NCBI GenBank assembly: GCA_965279035.1
Contig: OZ257142.1
Span: 512,001 to 576,000, forward strand
Reading direction: 5' to 3'
DNA from: Bacteroidia bacterium
GTDB taxonomy: Bacteria; Bacteroidota; Bacteroidia; M30B66
DNA: 64,000 nt
Part shown: one piece after another, positions 18,201 to 27,837 of the stretch
Position numbering within the stretch: position 1 is the stretch's first letter
How the letters are laid out: every line of letters begins with the position of its first letter
Program-made: the position numbers and the translations under genes
Notes under the pieces: model-generated
What the model was told of the DNA's origin: nothing
The model's database searches: none
What the model saw: only the letters and a program-made list of their open reading frames with translations

Positions 18201-20232
18201 CACAACCGAATTAGAAGCATTTCAACACGATTTACTTGCTGGAATTCCTACCGAACTTCCTACTGCTCGTAAGCCCAATCCAGCCATCAGTCATGCGCCT
18301 AGGAGAAAAGACATTCTTTCTGCTGATGAGAAAAAACTAGCATTACGAAATGCATTGCGTTATTTCGAACCGCGTCATCATGCTGTTTTGGCCCCCGAAT
18401 TCATGGAGGAATTGAAACAATACGGTCGCATTTACATGTATCGTTTCCTACCCGATTTTCACATGCATGCGCGACCTGTCAAGCATTATCCGGCAAAATG
18501 CAAACAAGCAGCAGCCATTATGCTCATGATTCAAAACAACCTGGATCATGCTGTAGCACAACATCCCGAGGAACTCATTACTTACGGAGGAAACGGAGCT
18601 GTTTTTCAAAACTGGGCTCAATACCGTTTAACGATGCAATACCTCTGTCAGATGGAAGAAGATCAGACGTTGGTAATGTATTCGGGACATCCGATGGGAC
18701 TTTTTCCGTCTCATAAAGATGCACCTCGCGTGGTGGTAACAAATGGGATGATGATTCCCAACTACAGCAAGCCCGACGATTGGGAGAAATTCAATGCTTT
18801 GGGCGTTACTCAATACGGACAAATGACTGCTGGATCGTACATGTATATTGGTCCGCAAGGAATTGTTCATGGAACAACCATTACCGTAATGAACGCGGCG
18901 CGGATGTGTTTACGTAAACGTGGCGACGTGCACTCGGATGTAATTGAAGGGAAAGGATTATTATTCGTGACTGCCGGTTTGGGTGGAATGAGTGGCGCTC
19001 AACCTAAGGCTGCAAAAATTGCTGGATTGGTGAGTATTACTGCTGAGATAAATCCTGCTGCTGCTCGAAAACGTCATGCACAAGGTTGGGTTGATGAACT
19101 GCATACCGATTTGGATGAATTGATTTCTCGTTGCGAAGAAGCGCGTGAAAAAGGAGAAGCACTCTCGTTGGCATACGAAGGAAACACGATTGATTTGTGG
19201 GAAGCTTTGGTTCGACGCGGCATTCGGGTGGATATTGGTTCGGATCAAACGTCATTGCATAATCCTTTTGCGGGTGGATATTATCCTGCAGGATTTAGTT
19301 TAGAAGAGTCGAATCGCATGATGGCAGAAGAGCCAAAACGCTTTCATGATGAAGTGTATAGGAGTTTAGTTCGCCATGCGGCAGCTGTAAATAAGCTTTC
19401 GGATACAGGCATGTACTTTTTCGATTACGGAAATGCCTTTTTGTTGGAATCTTCCCGCGCTGGTGCAGATGTGAAAGGAGCAACAGCTGAGTTTCGCTAT
19501 CCATCGTATGTGCAGGATATATTAGGTCCGATGTGTTTCGATTATGGATTTGGTCCGTTTCGATGGGTGTGTTGTTCAGGCGAGGCCGAAGACCTTGATT
19601 TGACAGATCAACTCGCTGCTGATGTATTGGAAGAATTGCTGCAAAGTGCTCCGGAAGATATTCGTGGACAAATTCAAGATAACCTCAACTGGATTCGAGC
19701 AGCCAAGAAAAATAAATTAGTAGTTGGCTCTCAAGCACGTATCCTGTATGCCGATTCACAAGGTAGAATTCAAATTGCATTACGTTTTAACCAAGCGATA
19801 GCTGATGGAACGATTCGCGGGCCGATTGTGTTAGGTCGCGATCATCACGATGTTTCGGGCACCGATTCTCCATACCGCGAAACTTCTAATATTTATGATG
19901 GCAGTCGCTTTACTGCTGACATGGCGGTTCAGAATTTTGCAGGTGATGCCTTTCGTGGTGCTACTTGGATTTCGTTGCACAATGGCGGCGGCGTTGGTTG
20001 GGGCGAAGTAATTAACGGCGGATTTGGAATGGTGATCGATGGTACGGAAGACAGTGCTCGTCGCATTAAATCGATGCTCCATTGGGATGTAAATAACGGA
20101 ATTGCTCGTCGTGCTTGGGCTCGTAACAAAGAAGCTGTTACAGCCATTAAACGCGCCATGGAACTCGAACCTAAACTGAAAATTACTGTTGCAAGCGAAG
20201 TAGACAATACTATTATTGATTCGCTTGATTAA
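18187..20232 (+). CDS. hutU: Urocanate hydratase (long Bacteroidota type)
   Basis: NNLD..VAQHPEELITYGGNG, YGQMTAGS, GLGGMSGAQP, SDQTSLHNP, GRDHHDVSGTDSP, HNGGGVGWG. Start ATG 18187. Confidence 0.96.
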   Translation: MATLSTTELEAFQHDLLAGIPTELPTARKPNPAISHAPRRKDILSADEKKLALRNALRYFEPRHHAVLAPEFMEELKQYGRIYMYRFLPDFHMHARPVKHYPAKCKQAAAIMLMIQNNLDHAVAQHPEELITYGGNGAVFQNWAQYRLTMQYLCQMEEDQTLVMYSGHPMGLFPSHKDAPRVVVTNGMMIPNYSKPDDWEKFNALGVTQYGQMTAGSYMYIGPQGIVHGTTITVMNAARMCLRKRGDVHSDVIEGKGLLFVTAGLGGMSGAQPKAAKIAGLVSITAEINPAAARKRHAQGWVDELHTDLDELISRCEEAREKGEALSLAYEGNTIDLWEALVRRGIRVDIGSDQTSLHNPFAGGYYPAGFSLEESNRMMAEEPKRFHDEVYRSLVRHAAAVNKLSDTGMYFFDYGNAFLLESSRAGADVKGATAEFRYPSYVQDILGPMCFDYGFGPFRWVCCSGEAEDLDLTDQLAADVLEELLQSAPEDIRGQIQDNLNWIRAAKKNKLVVGSQARILYADSQGRIQIALRFNQAIADGTIRGPIVLGRDHHDVSGTDSPYRETSNIYDGSRFTADMAVQNFAGDAFRGATWISLHNGGGVGWGEVINGGFGMVIDGTEDSARRIKSMLHWDVNNGIARRAWARNKEAVTAIKRAMELEPKLKITVASEVDNTIIDSLD

Positions 20233-20262
20233 CAAATAGATATCATTTTTATTAACGGATAT

Positions 20263-20305
20263 TAACCTTGCAAATTGGAATTTGTATTTCCAATTTGCAA
20301 GGTTA
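20263..20305. promoter_or_regulatory. Perfect 18-bp inverted repeat (7-nt spacer), operator-like
   Basis: TAACCTTGCAAATTGGAA (20263-20280) tttgtat TTCCAATTTGCAAGGTTA (20288-20305), followed by TATATTTG (20310-20317) and ATG 20322. Confidence 0.75.
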
Positions 20306-20321
20306 TTTATATATTTGTGGT

Positions 20322-21488
20322 ATGATAATTAGAAGGGCTGTTCATGAGATTCGCGAATTGCTGGAAGACTTTCCGGTGGTGGCGATTATTGGTCCGAGGC
20401 AAGTTGGGAAGTCGACCTTGGCGAAAGCGCTTGAGGGCGATCGAGAAATCCTCTATATTGATTTAGAAAATCCCGCTGACCGAGTTCGTTTAGGCGATCC
20501 TGTTTTGTTTTTTGAAAGCAATCGAGATAAGTTGGTCGTTTTGGATGAAATTCAGTTTGTGCCAGATTTGTTTCCTGTCATTCGAAGCATGGCAGATAAA
20601 TATCCGGAGAACGGACGGTTTTTGGTGTTAGGTTCAGCTTCTCCCGATTTGTTGAAGCAAAGCTCTGAAACCTTGGCAGGAAGAATTGCTTATGTCCGCT
20701 TGTATCCCTTTTCGTATGCTGAATTGGAGAACGAGCCGGAATTTAGTTGGCAACAATTGTTGCTTCGGGGCGGGTTTCCCAAAAGCTATTTAGCACGTAA
20801 CGATAGCGCTAGTTTAACTTGGAGAAACCAGTTTATTCAAACGTTTTTGCAGCGCGATTTAGCCACATTGGGATTTAATTTGAATCCAGCGGGGATGTAT
20901 AATTTATGGATGATGTGTGCGCATTATCATGGCCGGATTCTTAACCATAGTTCTATTGGCAACTCACTAGGATTAAGCAATAACACCATTCGAAACCATT
21001 TGGAAATTCTCAAAGGAACCTTCATGGTTGATGTATTGCAACCTTGGCTTCCGAATCTTTCGAAACGTCTGGTAAAATCGCCCAAACTTTACATTTCCGA
21101 TTGTGGGATATTAAATGCTCTCCTGTCGGTGCGAAATTTTTCAGATTTACTAGGGAATCCAATCGTGGGTTTTGCCTGGGAAGGACTGGTTCTACAAACG
21201 ATGCGGGCGCAATTACCTGCCGATTGGAACATCTATTATTTATCAACTGCAGCACAAGCTGAAATTGATTTTATTGCTATTCGAGGAAATCAGGTATTGG
21301 CGATAGAATGTAAATTTTCGACGAGCCCAGCCTTGAGTCGAGGTGCTAAAGAGTTGATTAAGGACTTGAATCTAGAAGAGATAATCGTTGTAAGTCCTGT
21401 GGAGAATGATTTCCCAATGAGTGTAGGTGTTGATGTGCTGTCGCTGAAGAGTTTTTCGGCTCGAATGGGAACTAAAAAATATCAGTGA
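20322..21488 (+). CDS. AAA_14 ATPase + DUF4143 (PD-(D/E)XK-like) protein
   Basis: Walker A GPRQVGKS, Walker B LDEIQ, LGSAS, SETLAGR, GGFP, KSPKLY, EIDF..AIECK. The ORF-track TTG at 20268 lies inside the inverted repeat, so ATG 20322 is preferred. Confidence 0.9.
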   Translation: MIIRRAVHEIRELLEDFPVVAIIGPRQVGKSTLAKALEGDREILYIDLENPADRVRLGDPVLFFESNRDKLVVLDEIQFVPDLFPVIRSMADKYPENGRFLVLGSASPDLLKQSSETLAGRIAYVRLYPFSYAELENEPEFSWQQLLLRGGFPKSYLARNDSASLTWRNQFIQTFLQRDLATLGFNLNPAGMYNLWMMCAHYHGRILNHSSIGNSLGLSNNTIRNHLEILKGTFMVDVLQPWLPNLSKRLVKSPKLYISDCGILNALLSVRNFSDLLGNPIVGFAWEGLVLQTMRAQLPADWNIYYLSTAAQAEIDFIAIRGNQVLAIECKFSTSPALSRGAKELIKDLNLEEIIVVSPVENDFPMSVGVDVLSLKSFSARMGTKKYQ

Positions 21489-21500
21489 TACACGTTCTCG

Positions 21501-21576
21501 CGCCAGCGATTGAAGCCATTACCGGTTTTGAACCGAAGGTGAAAAAGCAGTAGAGGCGTAAAGCGCGGTTCAGGCG
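21501..21576 (+). ncRNA. Flavo-1-like structured intergenic element (putative)
   Basis: cc-a-gcg ATTGAA gcc ... ggc GTAAAG cgcgg with an inner acc-gaa-ggt hairpin; resembles my recollection of the Flavo-1 motif layout. Not verified with a covariance model. Confidence 0.4.
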
Positions 21577-21581
21577 CCCAA

Positions 21582-22547
21582 TCAACGAAGTTTTAATTGT
21601 TGTCCTTCGTTGGGTTCGGAGCCTTCTTCGAGATGATTGAGACGATACAATCGGCTGAGTTTGATAGCATGTTCCTGAGAAATGGACCTCATGGTTTCTC
21701 CAGATTTAACAGTATGCTGTTCTTCAGACGCTTTACGACGTTTAGGTTGAATGTATAAAATATCGCCGGCATTGATTTTAGCCGAGGGTGCTAGATCGTT
21801 GTATTTTGGGAGTTGCCAGCGCAGTAAACCAAGTTCTGTATTGAGTGATTCGAACGTATCGCCCTGTTTTGCTACTATGTATTGCACGCGATTGCGAACC
21901 AAGACCGAGCGGCCGCCTTGTTTTTTTAATTCAAAATCGGGCAGATCGGTTTCTCCTGATTTTCCACGTGGTGTTTTAGGATTCAACGCCGATGGTTGTT
22001 TAACATCGTTTCCGGTTTTGACCGATTTTCCTAAAACGGCACTTCCTTTTTTATCGAGTTCGTAGAGGCGATTGTCTTCGATTGTTTTTATGAGCAATTG
22101 CGCATATTGCGGATTGGTAGCATATCCAGCTTTTTTTAAACCATGCGCCCAGCCTTTGTAATCGGTAATATCGAGGGAGAATAATTCGGCATAGCGGGAA
22201 CTATTTTTTAGGAATTGAGAATGGTCTTCATACGAAGCGAGCACCGTTTCATATTTTCTAAAACATTCGTCTTTAGCATCATCGTCTTTGGTAAACGTAG
22301 GACCTGTCCATTCTTTTTTGCACTTTATTCCAAAATGGTTGTTGGCTTCTGTTGCCAGATCACTATTTCCAGCCGAAGATTCGAGCAAACCTTGTCCGAG
22401 TTTGATCGATGCTGGTATTCCATAACGCTCCATTTCGGTGATTGCAATGTCTTTATAAGCGGCAATGTATTCGGTTGCCGATTGTTTGCGTTGAGCGCTT
22501 AGCAGGGAAGGAGAAAGAAGAACAAAAAGGAAAAAGCGATAGATCAT
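21582..22547 (-). CDS. Glucosaminidase (GH73) + LysM peptidoglycan hydrolase
   Basis: Signal peptide from M22547; [33 protein letters not shown]; two C-terminal LysM domains. Confidence 0.92.
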   Translation of the reverse strand: MIYRFFLFVLLSPSLLSAQRKQSATEYIAAYKDIAITEMERYGIPASIKLGQGLLESSAGNSDLATEANNHFGIKCKKEWTGPTFTKDDDAKDECFRKYETVLASYEDHSQFLKNSSRYAELFSLDITDYKGWAHGLKKAGYATNPQYAQLLIKTIEDNRLYELDKKGSAVLGKSVKTGNDVKQPSALNPKTPRGKSGETDLPDFELKKQGGRSVLVRNRVQYIVAKQGDTFESLNTELGLLRWQLPKYNDLAPSAKINAGDILYIQPKRRKASEEQHTVKSGETMRSISQEHAIKLSRLYRLNHLEEGSEPNEGQQLKLR

Positions 22548-22696
22548 TTTGCAAAGAACGGATTTGTAGTGCTTTGTATTTTTGGGATGAGCTGGAGTTT
22601 TTAACGAAGCATCGTGTAAATGCTCCAAAGAAGAAAGCACGTTCGTGTTATCCCTTTTTTTCTACCTTTGCCCGCTATTTTTATGTTGCCCTACAT

Positions 22697-23746
22697 ATGA
22701 AGTTATCTCAGTTTAAATTCAAACTGCCACCCGAACTAATCGCTGAACGCCCAACAGACAATCGTGATGAATCGCGCTTGATGGTGCTGAATCGTAAAAC
22801 GAAAACCATTGAACACCGGATGTTCCGGGATATTTTGGAATATTTTGATGATGGCGATACCTTCATTATCAACAATACCCGTGTTTTTCCTGCTCGTATG
22901 TACGGGAACAAAGAAAAGACCGGTGCCAAAATCGAGGTGTTTTTATTGCGTGAGCTAAACGCAGAAAGTCGTCTTTGGGACGTTTTGGTTGATCCAGCAC
23001 GTAAAATTCGTATTGGAAACAAATTGTATTTCGGAGAAGATGATTCGTTGGTTGCAGAGGTGATAGACAATACTACTTCGCGTGGAAGAACCTTGCGTTT
23101 CCTTTTTGATGGACCGCACGAGGAATTTAAAAAAGTACTGTATTCTTTAGGTGAAACGCCTATTCCAAAATACATCAATCGTACACCGGATGAAGAAGAC
23201 GAACTTCGTTTTCAAACCGTGTATGCTAAAAACGAAGGTGCTGTTGCTGCTCCAACAGCTGGTTTACATTTTAGTCGTGAATTGATGAAACGCATGGAGT
23301 TGAAAGGGATTAATTTCTCTGAAATTACGCTCCATGTTGGTTTAGGAAGTTTCCGTACGGTGGAAGTGGAAGATTTGAGTAAGCACAAGATGGACAGCGA
23401 AGAAATGTACATTACTGCCGAAGCTGCTGAAATTGTGAATAAGTCGAAAGCCGAAAAACATAAAATCGTTTCGGTTGGAACAACGACCATGCGCGCTATT
23501 GAAAGTTCTGTATCTACCGAAGGGTATTTGAAAGAATACAGTGGCTGGACGAATAAATTTATTTTTCCTCCATACGATTTCCGTGTAGCAGATGCGCTTG
23601 TGACCAATTTCCACATGCCAATGAGCACCTTATTGATTATGGTTTCGGCATTTGCTGGACATGATTTCTTAATGGATGCGTATAAGGAAGCTGTTAAAGA
23701 AAAATATCGCTTCTTTACATACGGCGATGCGATGTTAATTATCTAA
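22697..23746 (+). CDS. queA: S-adenosylmethionine:tRNA ribosyltransferase-isomerase
   Basis: [58 protein letters not shown]. Start ATG 22697; TACCTTTG at 22663-22670. Confidence 0.97.
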   Translation: MKLSQFKFKLPPELIAERPTDNRDESRLMVLNRKTKTIEHRMFRDILEYFDDGDTFIINNTRVFPARMYGNKEKTGAKIEVFLLRELNAESRLWDVLVDPARKIRIGNKLYFGEDDSLVAEVIDNTTSRGRTLRFLFDGPHEEFKKVLYSLGETPIPKYINRTPDEEDELRFQTVYAKNEGAVAAPTAGLHFSRELMKRMELKGINFSEITLHVGLGSFRTVEVEDLSKHKMDSEEMYITAEAAEIVNKSKAEKHKIVSVGTTTMRAIESSVSTEGYLKEYSGWTNKFIFPPYDFRVADALVTNFHMPMSTLLIMVSAFAGHDFLMDAYKEAVKEKYRFFTYGDAMLII

Positions 23747-23753
23747 AACTCGG

Positions 23754-24425
23754 ATGCAAACCCACGTATTGATCGTGGCAGGAGGAAGTGGCCTACGTAT
23801 GGGAGCTGCTTTACCTAAGCAGTTTTTACTGCTAGATGGTATTCCTGTTTTAATGCATACGATTCGTCGTTTTTACGAAACACTTCCAAGTGCTTCTATT
23901 CTTTTGGTTTTACCCAAAGATCATTTTTCGTACTGGGAAGAATTGAAGAATATCCATGCATTTGAAATTCCTCATCGTGTGGTTGCTGGAGGAGAAACCC
24001 GTTTTCATTCGGTGAAAAATGGTTTAGCTCACATTCAGGAAGGAATCGTTGGAATTCACGATGGTGTCCGTCCGCTTGTGAGTGTAGAAACCATTATCCG
24101 ATCTTATGATGCCGCTCAAGAATATGGAGCAGCAATTCCGGTAATTTCAGTGAATGAATCTTTGCGTGAAGTTTTTTCAGATGGGAAAAATCGTGCTTTA
24201 GATCGCTCTACAATAAGAACAGTTCAAACACCCCAATGCTTTGATGTTTTGAGGCTGAAATCAGCATTTGAGCAAGAATATAAAAGCGATTTTACCGATG
24301 ATGCTTCAGTAATGGAAGCGGCAGGACATACAATTTGCTTGGTTGATGGCAATGAGGAAAACATCAAGATAACTCGTCCATCCGATTTAATCTTGGCGGA
24401 ATTCTTTTTAAAAGCGGTGAAATAG
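23754..24425 (+). CDS. ispD: 2-C-methyl-D-erythritol 4-phosphate cytidylyltransferase (IspD/TarI family)
   Basis: VAGGSGLRMG..PKQF, GGETRFHSV, IHDGVRP, VQTPQ, TDDASV, NIKIT. Confidence 0.9.
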   Translation: MQTHVLIVAGGSGLRMGAALPKQFLLLDGIPVLMHTIRRFYETLPSASILLVLPKDHFSYWEELKNIHAFEIPHRVVAGGETRFHSVKNGLAHIQEGIVGIHDGVRPLVSVETIIRSYDAAQEYGAAIPVISVNESLREVFSDGKNRALDRSTIRTVQTPQCFDVLRLKSAFEQEYKSDFTDDASVMEAAGHTICLVDGNEENIKITRPSDLILAEFFLKAVK

Positions 24426-24472
24426 TAGGTAATTATTTAAAAATCCGGAAAAAAAACTCCGAATTTGCAGCC

Positions 24473-25744
24473 ATGAAAATCCTTTTGCTTGGCTCAGGTG
24501 GACGTGAGCACGCACTCGCTTGGAAGCTTGCTCAAAGTCCACGATTGACAACACTTTTTATTGCACCTGGAAACGCAGGAACAGGCTTATTTGGAACGAA
24601 TGTCGACTTGAATCCAAACGATATTGCTGCGGTCATTGCATTTGTTTTGGAGAAACAAATTGAATTGGTGCTTGTTGGTCCAGAAGAACCTTTGGTGAGA
24701 GGAATTGTAGATTCATTTGCTTCGAATGAATTGGTAAAACACATTCCTGTAATTGGGCCCGATTCAATAGGAGCGCAATTGGAAGGAAGTAAGGATTTTT
24801 CCAAGGCATTTATGGAGCGGCACAAAATTCCTACGGCGCGTTATCGAAGTTTTACCCCTGCTTTGATGCAAGAAGGGAAGGAATTTCTAAAGAGTTTTCA
24901 TCCGCCTTATGTGTTAAAAGCGTCTGGACTTGCTGCCGGAAAAGGAGTTGTTATTCCCGAAACATTGGAAGAAGCCGAATTGGAATTGGAAGCGATGTTA
25001 GGTGGAAAGTTTGGCGATGCAGGTAATGTTGTGGTGATAGAAGAGTTCATGAAAGGCATCGAATGTTCGGTGTTTGTGTTGAGCGATTCGGAGCATTATC
25101 TCATTTTGCCCGAAGCGAAAGATTACAAGCGCATTGGTGAAAGCGATACTGGATTGAATACTGGAGGAATGGGAGCGGTTTCGCCCGTTCCATTTTGCAC
25201 ACCTGAATTCATGGAGAAAATCCGCCAGCAGATTATTGATCCTACCATTTTGGGTTTAAAGCAAGAAGGCATTGTTTACAAAGGCTTTATCTTTTTCGGT
25301 ATCATGAATGTGGATGGAAATCCCATGGTGGTTGAATACAACTGTCGTTTAGGTGATCCCGAAACCGAAGTGGTTATACCAAGAATTGAAAACGATTTGA
25401 TTGATTTATTGGAAGCAGTTGCGAAAGGAGAACTACACACTCATGTATTAAAAACACGATCTGAAATAGCAGTTACTGTGATGACTGTTTCGGGTGGTTA
25501 TCCTGGAGATTATGAGAAAGGAAAAGTAATTCATGGATTAAAAGAGCTTCAAGGAGAACTTGTTTTTCATGCTGGAACGAAATCCCAAGGAGATCAAATT
25601 ATTACGAATGGTGGTCGCGTATTGGCATTTACTTCTTTGGCTTCTACGATAAAAGAAGCAGCCGATCGTTCTTATAAAAACATCAACACCATCTGTTATG
25701 ATGGAATTTATTATCGCCGCGATATTGGAAAAGACCTTTGTTGA
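24473..25744 (+). CDS. purD: Phosphoribosylamine-glycine ligase
   Basis: GSGGREHA, APGNAG, GPEEPL, LEGSKDF, GLAAGKGV, NTGGMG, RLGDPE, FHAGT, GGRV. Confidence 0.97.
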   Translation: MKILLLGSGGREHALAWKLAQSPRLTTLFIAPGNAGTGLFGTNVDLNPNDIAAVIAFVLEKQIELVLVGPEEPLVRGIVDSFASNELVKHIPVIGPDSIGAQLEGSKDFSKAFMERHKIPTARYRSFTPALMQEGKEFLKSFHPPYVLKASGLAAGKGVVIPETLEEAELELEAMLGGKFGDAGNVVVIEEFMKGIECSVFVLSDSEHYLILPEAKDYKRIGESDTGLNTGGMGAVSPVPFCTPEFMEKIRQQIIDPTILGLKQEGIVYKGFIFFGIMNVDGNPMVVEYNCRLGDPETEVVIPRIENDLIDLLEAVAKGELHTHVLKTRSEIAVTVMTVSGGYPGDYEKGKVIHGLKELQGELVFHAGTKSQGDQIITNGGRVLAFTSLASTIKEAADRSYKNINTICYDGIYYRRDIGKDLC

Positions 25745-25763
25745 ATGGATTGAAATCCAGCAA

Positions 25764-26615
25764 TTAATTCAGCGAAATTGAAGTAGAAAGCTGTCGATTT
25801 TTCATAGAAGCAAAACGTTCAATTCGAGCTGCTTGATCTTGTCTCAATATGCGACACATCGCTTTGTACAAATAGGGAAGCTTTTGTCTGAATTCAATGG
25901 GAGCTTCAAAGAAATGCTCTACACACACTGCCCAAAATTCATGCATGTTCGATTTCGCATAGTCGCGCAAAAATGGGTGATGAGCATTCCTTTGCATCTC
26001 TTCAAAAACGGGAAGTGCAACCAAGGTCCAATCGTCAAATCCGTATAGCATTCTCCGATGCCCAAAATAGTCGAGATAAAGTGCATGTGCCATCTCGTGT
26101 AAGCCAAGATTTAGTTTGTCGGTTGCATCGGAATATCCATCTTCATAATGAGGCCAAGAAAGAATCACAATTCCATTGTGATAAACGGTTAAACCTTTCA
26201 CATCCTGTTCAAATAGACGAGAATAAAACATTTCAGGAAACAGGACAATTCGGTCGAAACGAGGAAAATAAAACCGTTCGATACCTAAACTGAGTTGAGC
26301 CATTGTTGCTCCTATGAGCAAGATCTTTTCATCGGTTATGACCAATCCTTCGCGTCCGACAAACCACTTGTTTTTAAGGATGTTTCGAAGGCGATTTCGG
26401 AAAATGGTCTGCTCATTACTATCAAGTAGATGATAAAATGCAAACTTTTCTATTAAGAATTTATGAAGTGTTGAATCGGTCCAAGTAGGGGAGATTTGGA
26501 CATATCCATCATAATCAGATTCTTCAAAGGAAACTGGATATTCCCCATCATCCTGTTTAAGAGAGATGGAAAAGATATAGAAAGCGATGAAAACAAAGAC
26601 GATTACTGCCCCCAT
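25764..26615 (-). CDS. Zinc-dependent peptidase, MtfA/M90 family, N-terminal membrane anchor
   Basis: NLGLHEMAHAL (HExxH), LRDYAKSNMHEFWAVCVEHFFE. Confidence 0.85.
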   Translation of the reverse strand: MGAVIVFVFIAFYIFSISLKQDDGEYPVSFEESDYDGYVQISPTWTDSTLHKFLIEKFAFYHLLDSNEQTIFRNRLRNILKNKWFVGREGLVITDEKILLIGATMAQLSLGIERFYFPRFDRIVLFPEMFYSRLFEQDVKGLTVYHNGIVILSWPHYEDGYSDATDKLNLGLHEMAHALYLDYFGHRRMLYGFDDWTLVALPVFEEMQRNAHHPFLRDYAKSNMHEFWAVCVEHFFEAPIEFRQKLPYLYKAMCRILRQDQAARIERFASMKNRQLSTSISLN

Positions 26616-26629
26616 GCAGGAATTTTAGA

Positions 26630-27742
26630 TCAAGCCGCGAATGCCGGGCTGGCCATTGAGGGCTGTTCTTCTTGTCCGAATTTTCGCATGGTCCGGTAAT
26701 GACTAGCAATAGCGCCTATCATGGTTGGCATGTTGTAATACGGAACTCCATATTCTTTGCAAACCTTCTGAACGATTGGGCTTAGAGCAGGATAATGAAC
26801 ATGACTAACTTTAGGGAATAGGTGATGTTCAACTTGGAAATTCAATCCACCCACATACCAGTTTACAATTTTGTTTTCAGTAGCAAAATTGGCCGTAGTT
26901 CGCATTTGATGAACAGCCCATGAATCTTCAATGGTCAATCGAACATCATCATTTTGGTTAGCATCAACAAATTCGGTTATCTCAACAACATGAGCTAATT
27001 GAAACACCAATGAAAGTGTAAATCCAACTACAGCACTCATAAACAAGTACCCAATGATATAATGTGAAAACCCAACCATCATAATTGGAAGAGCGATATA
27101 GAAAATCACATATAACACCTTTGACACCCAAAACAAAATGTGCTCTTGCATTGGAATCTTATTGATGGGAGTTGTGTGGATGCTGCGTTTAAAATACTTA
27201 TCAAAATCTGTGTACAAAGCCCATAGAATATAGGATATTCCATAGAAGAAGAACATATACAAATGTTGATATCGATGCAGTGGTTTGTAGGCTTGAGAGT
27301 AACAATGGCGTAACACAGGCGACTTCGCTATATCATCATCCATCCCGTCAATATTAGTATAGGTATGATGAACAATGTTGTGCTTGATTTTCCAAATAAA
27401 AGCATTTGCACCGAGAGCATTCATGGTTAAACCCATGATGTAGTTGATTCGCTTACTTTCGGAGTAGCTTCCATGATTCGCATCGTGCATTACATTGAAA
27501 CCAATAGAGGCGATGCATAATCCCAAAACACCACAAATTAACAAGGCTACAATTGCAGGAAACTCAACTGTGAGCAATGAGATGTAACACGTAAGTGCAA
27601 GAGGAATTAGAATGAAACTTTTAAGATATAGTCGCCAATCACCGGTTTGCTTAAGATTATTCTGGGTGAAATAGTTCTTCACTTCCGCATTAAGAGCTTC
27701 AGAGAACGAATTGTTTTTGTTGTTGAAAACGACTTTTTTCAA
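26630..27742 (-). CDS. Membrane fatty acid (acyl-CoA) desaturase
   Basis: Three His boxes: HDANH, HNIVHH, QVEHHLFP; TTG start. Confidence 0.92.
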   Translation of the reverse strand: MKKVVFNNKNNSFSEALNAEVKNYFTQNNLKQTGDWRLYLKSFILIPLALTCYISLLTVEFPAIVALLICGVLGLCIASIGFNVMHDANHGSYSESKRINYIMGLTMNALGANAFIWKIKHNIVHHTYTNIDGMDDDIAKSPVLRHCYSQAYKPLHRYQHLYMFFFYGISYILWALYTDFDKYFKRSIHTTPINKIPMQEHILFWVSKVLYVIFYIALPIMMVGFSHYIIGYLFMSAVVGFTLSLVFQLAHVVEITEFVDANQNDDVRLTIEDSWAVHQMRTTANFATENKIVNWYVGGLNFQVEHHLFPKVSHVHYPALSPIVQKVCKEYGVPYYNMPTMIGAIASHYRTMRKFGQEEQPSMASPAFAA

Positions 27743-27837
27743 TTGATCGAGGTAAATTTTTGTTAAATATAGGGGATTAAAAGCGTATCCCGTTTTAAAT
27801 GTTTTGAATGCTGGAAGTTAAAATGGAAACACTTGCC

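Noticed and set aside
22442-22696. Long N-terminal extensions in the ORF track (queA, GH73, hutU, ACC deaminase-like, DUF4270, AAA 20268)
   Set aside because: They overlap neighbouring genes or promoter elements; downstream starts match the family N-termini and promoter spacing.
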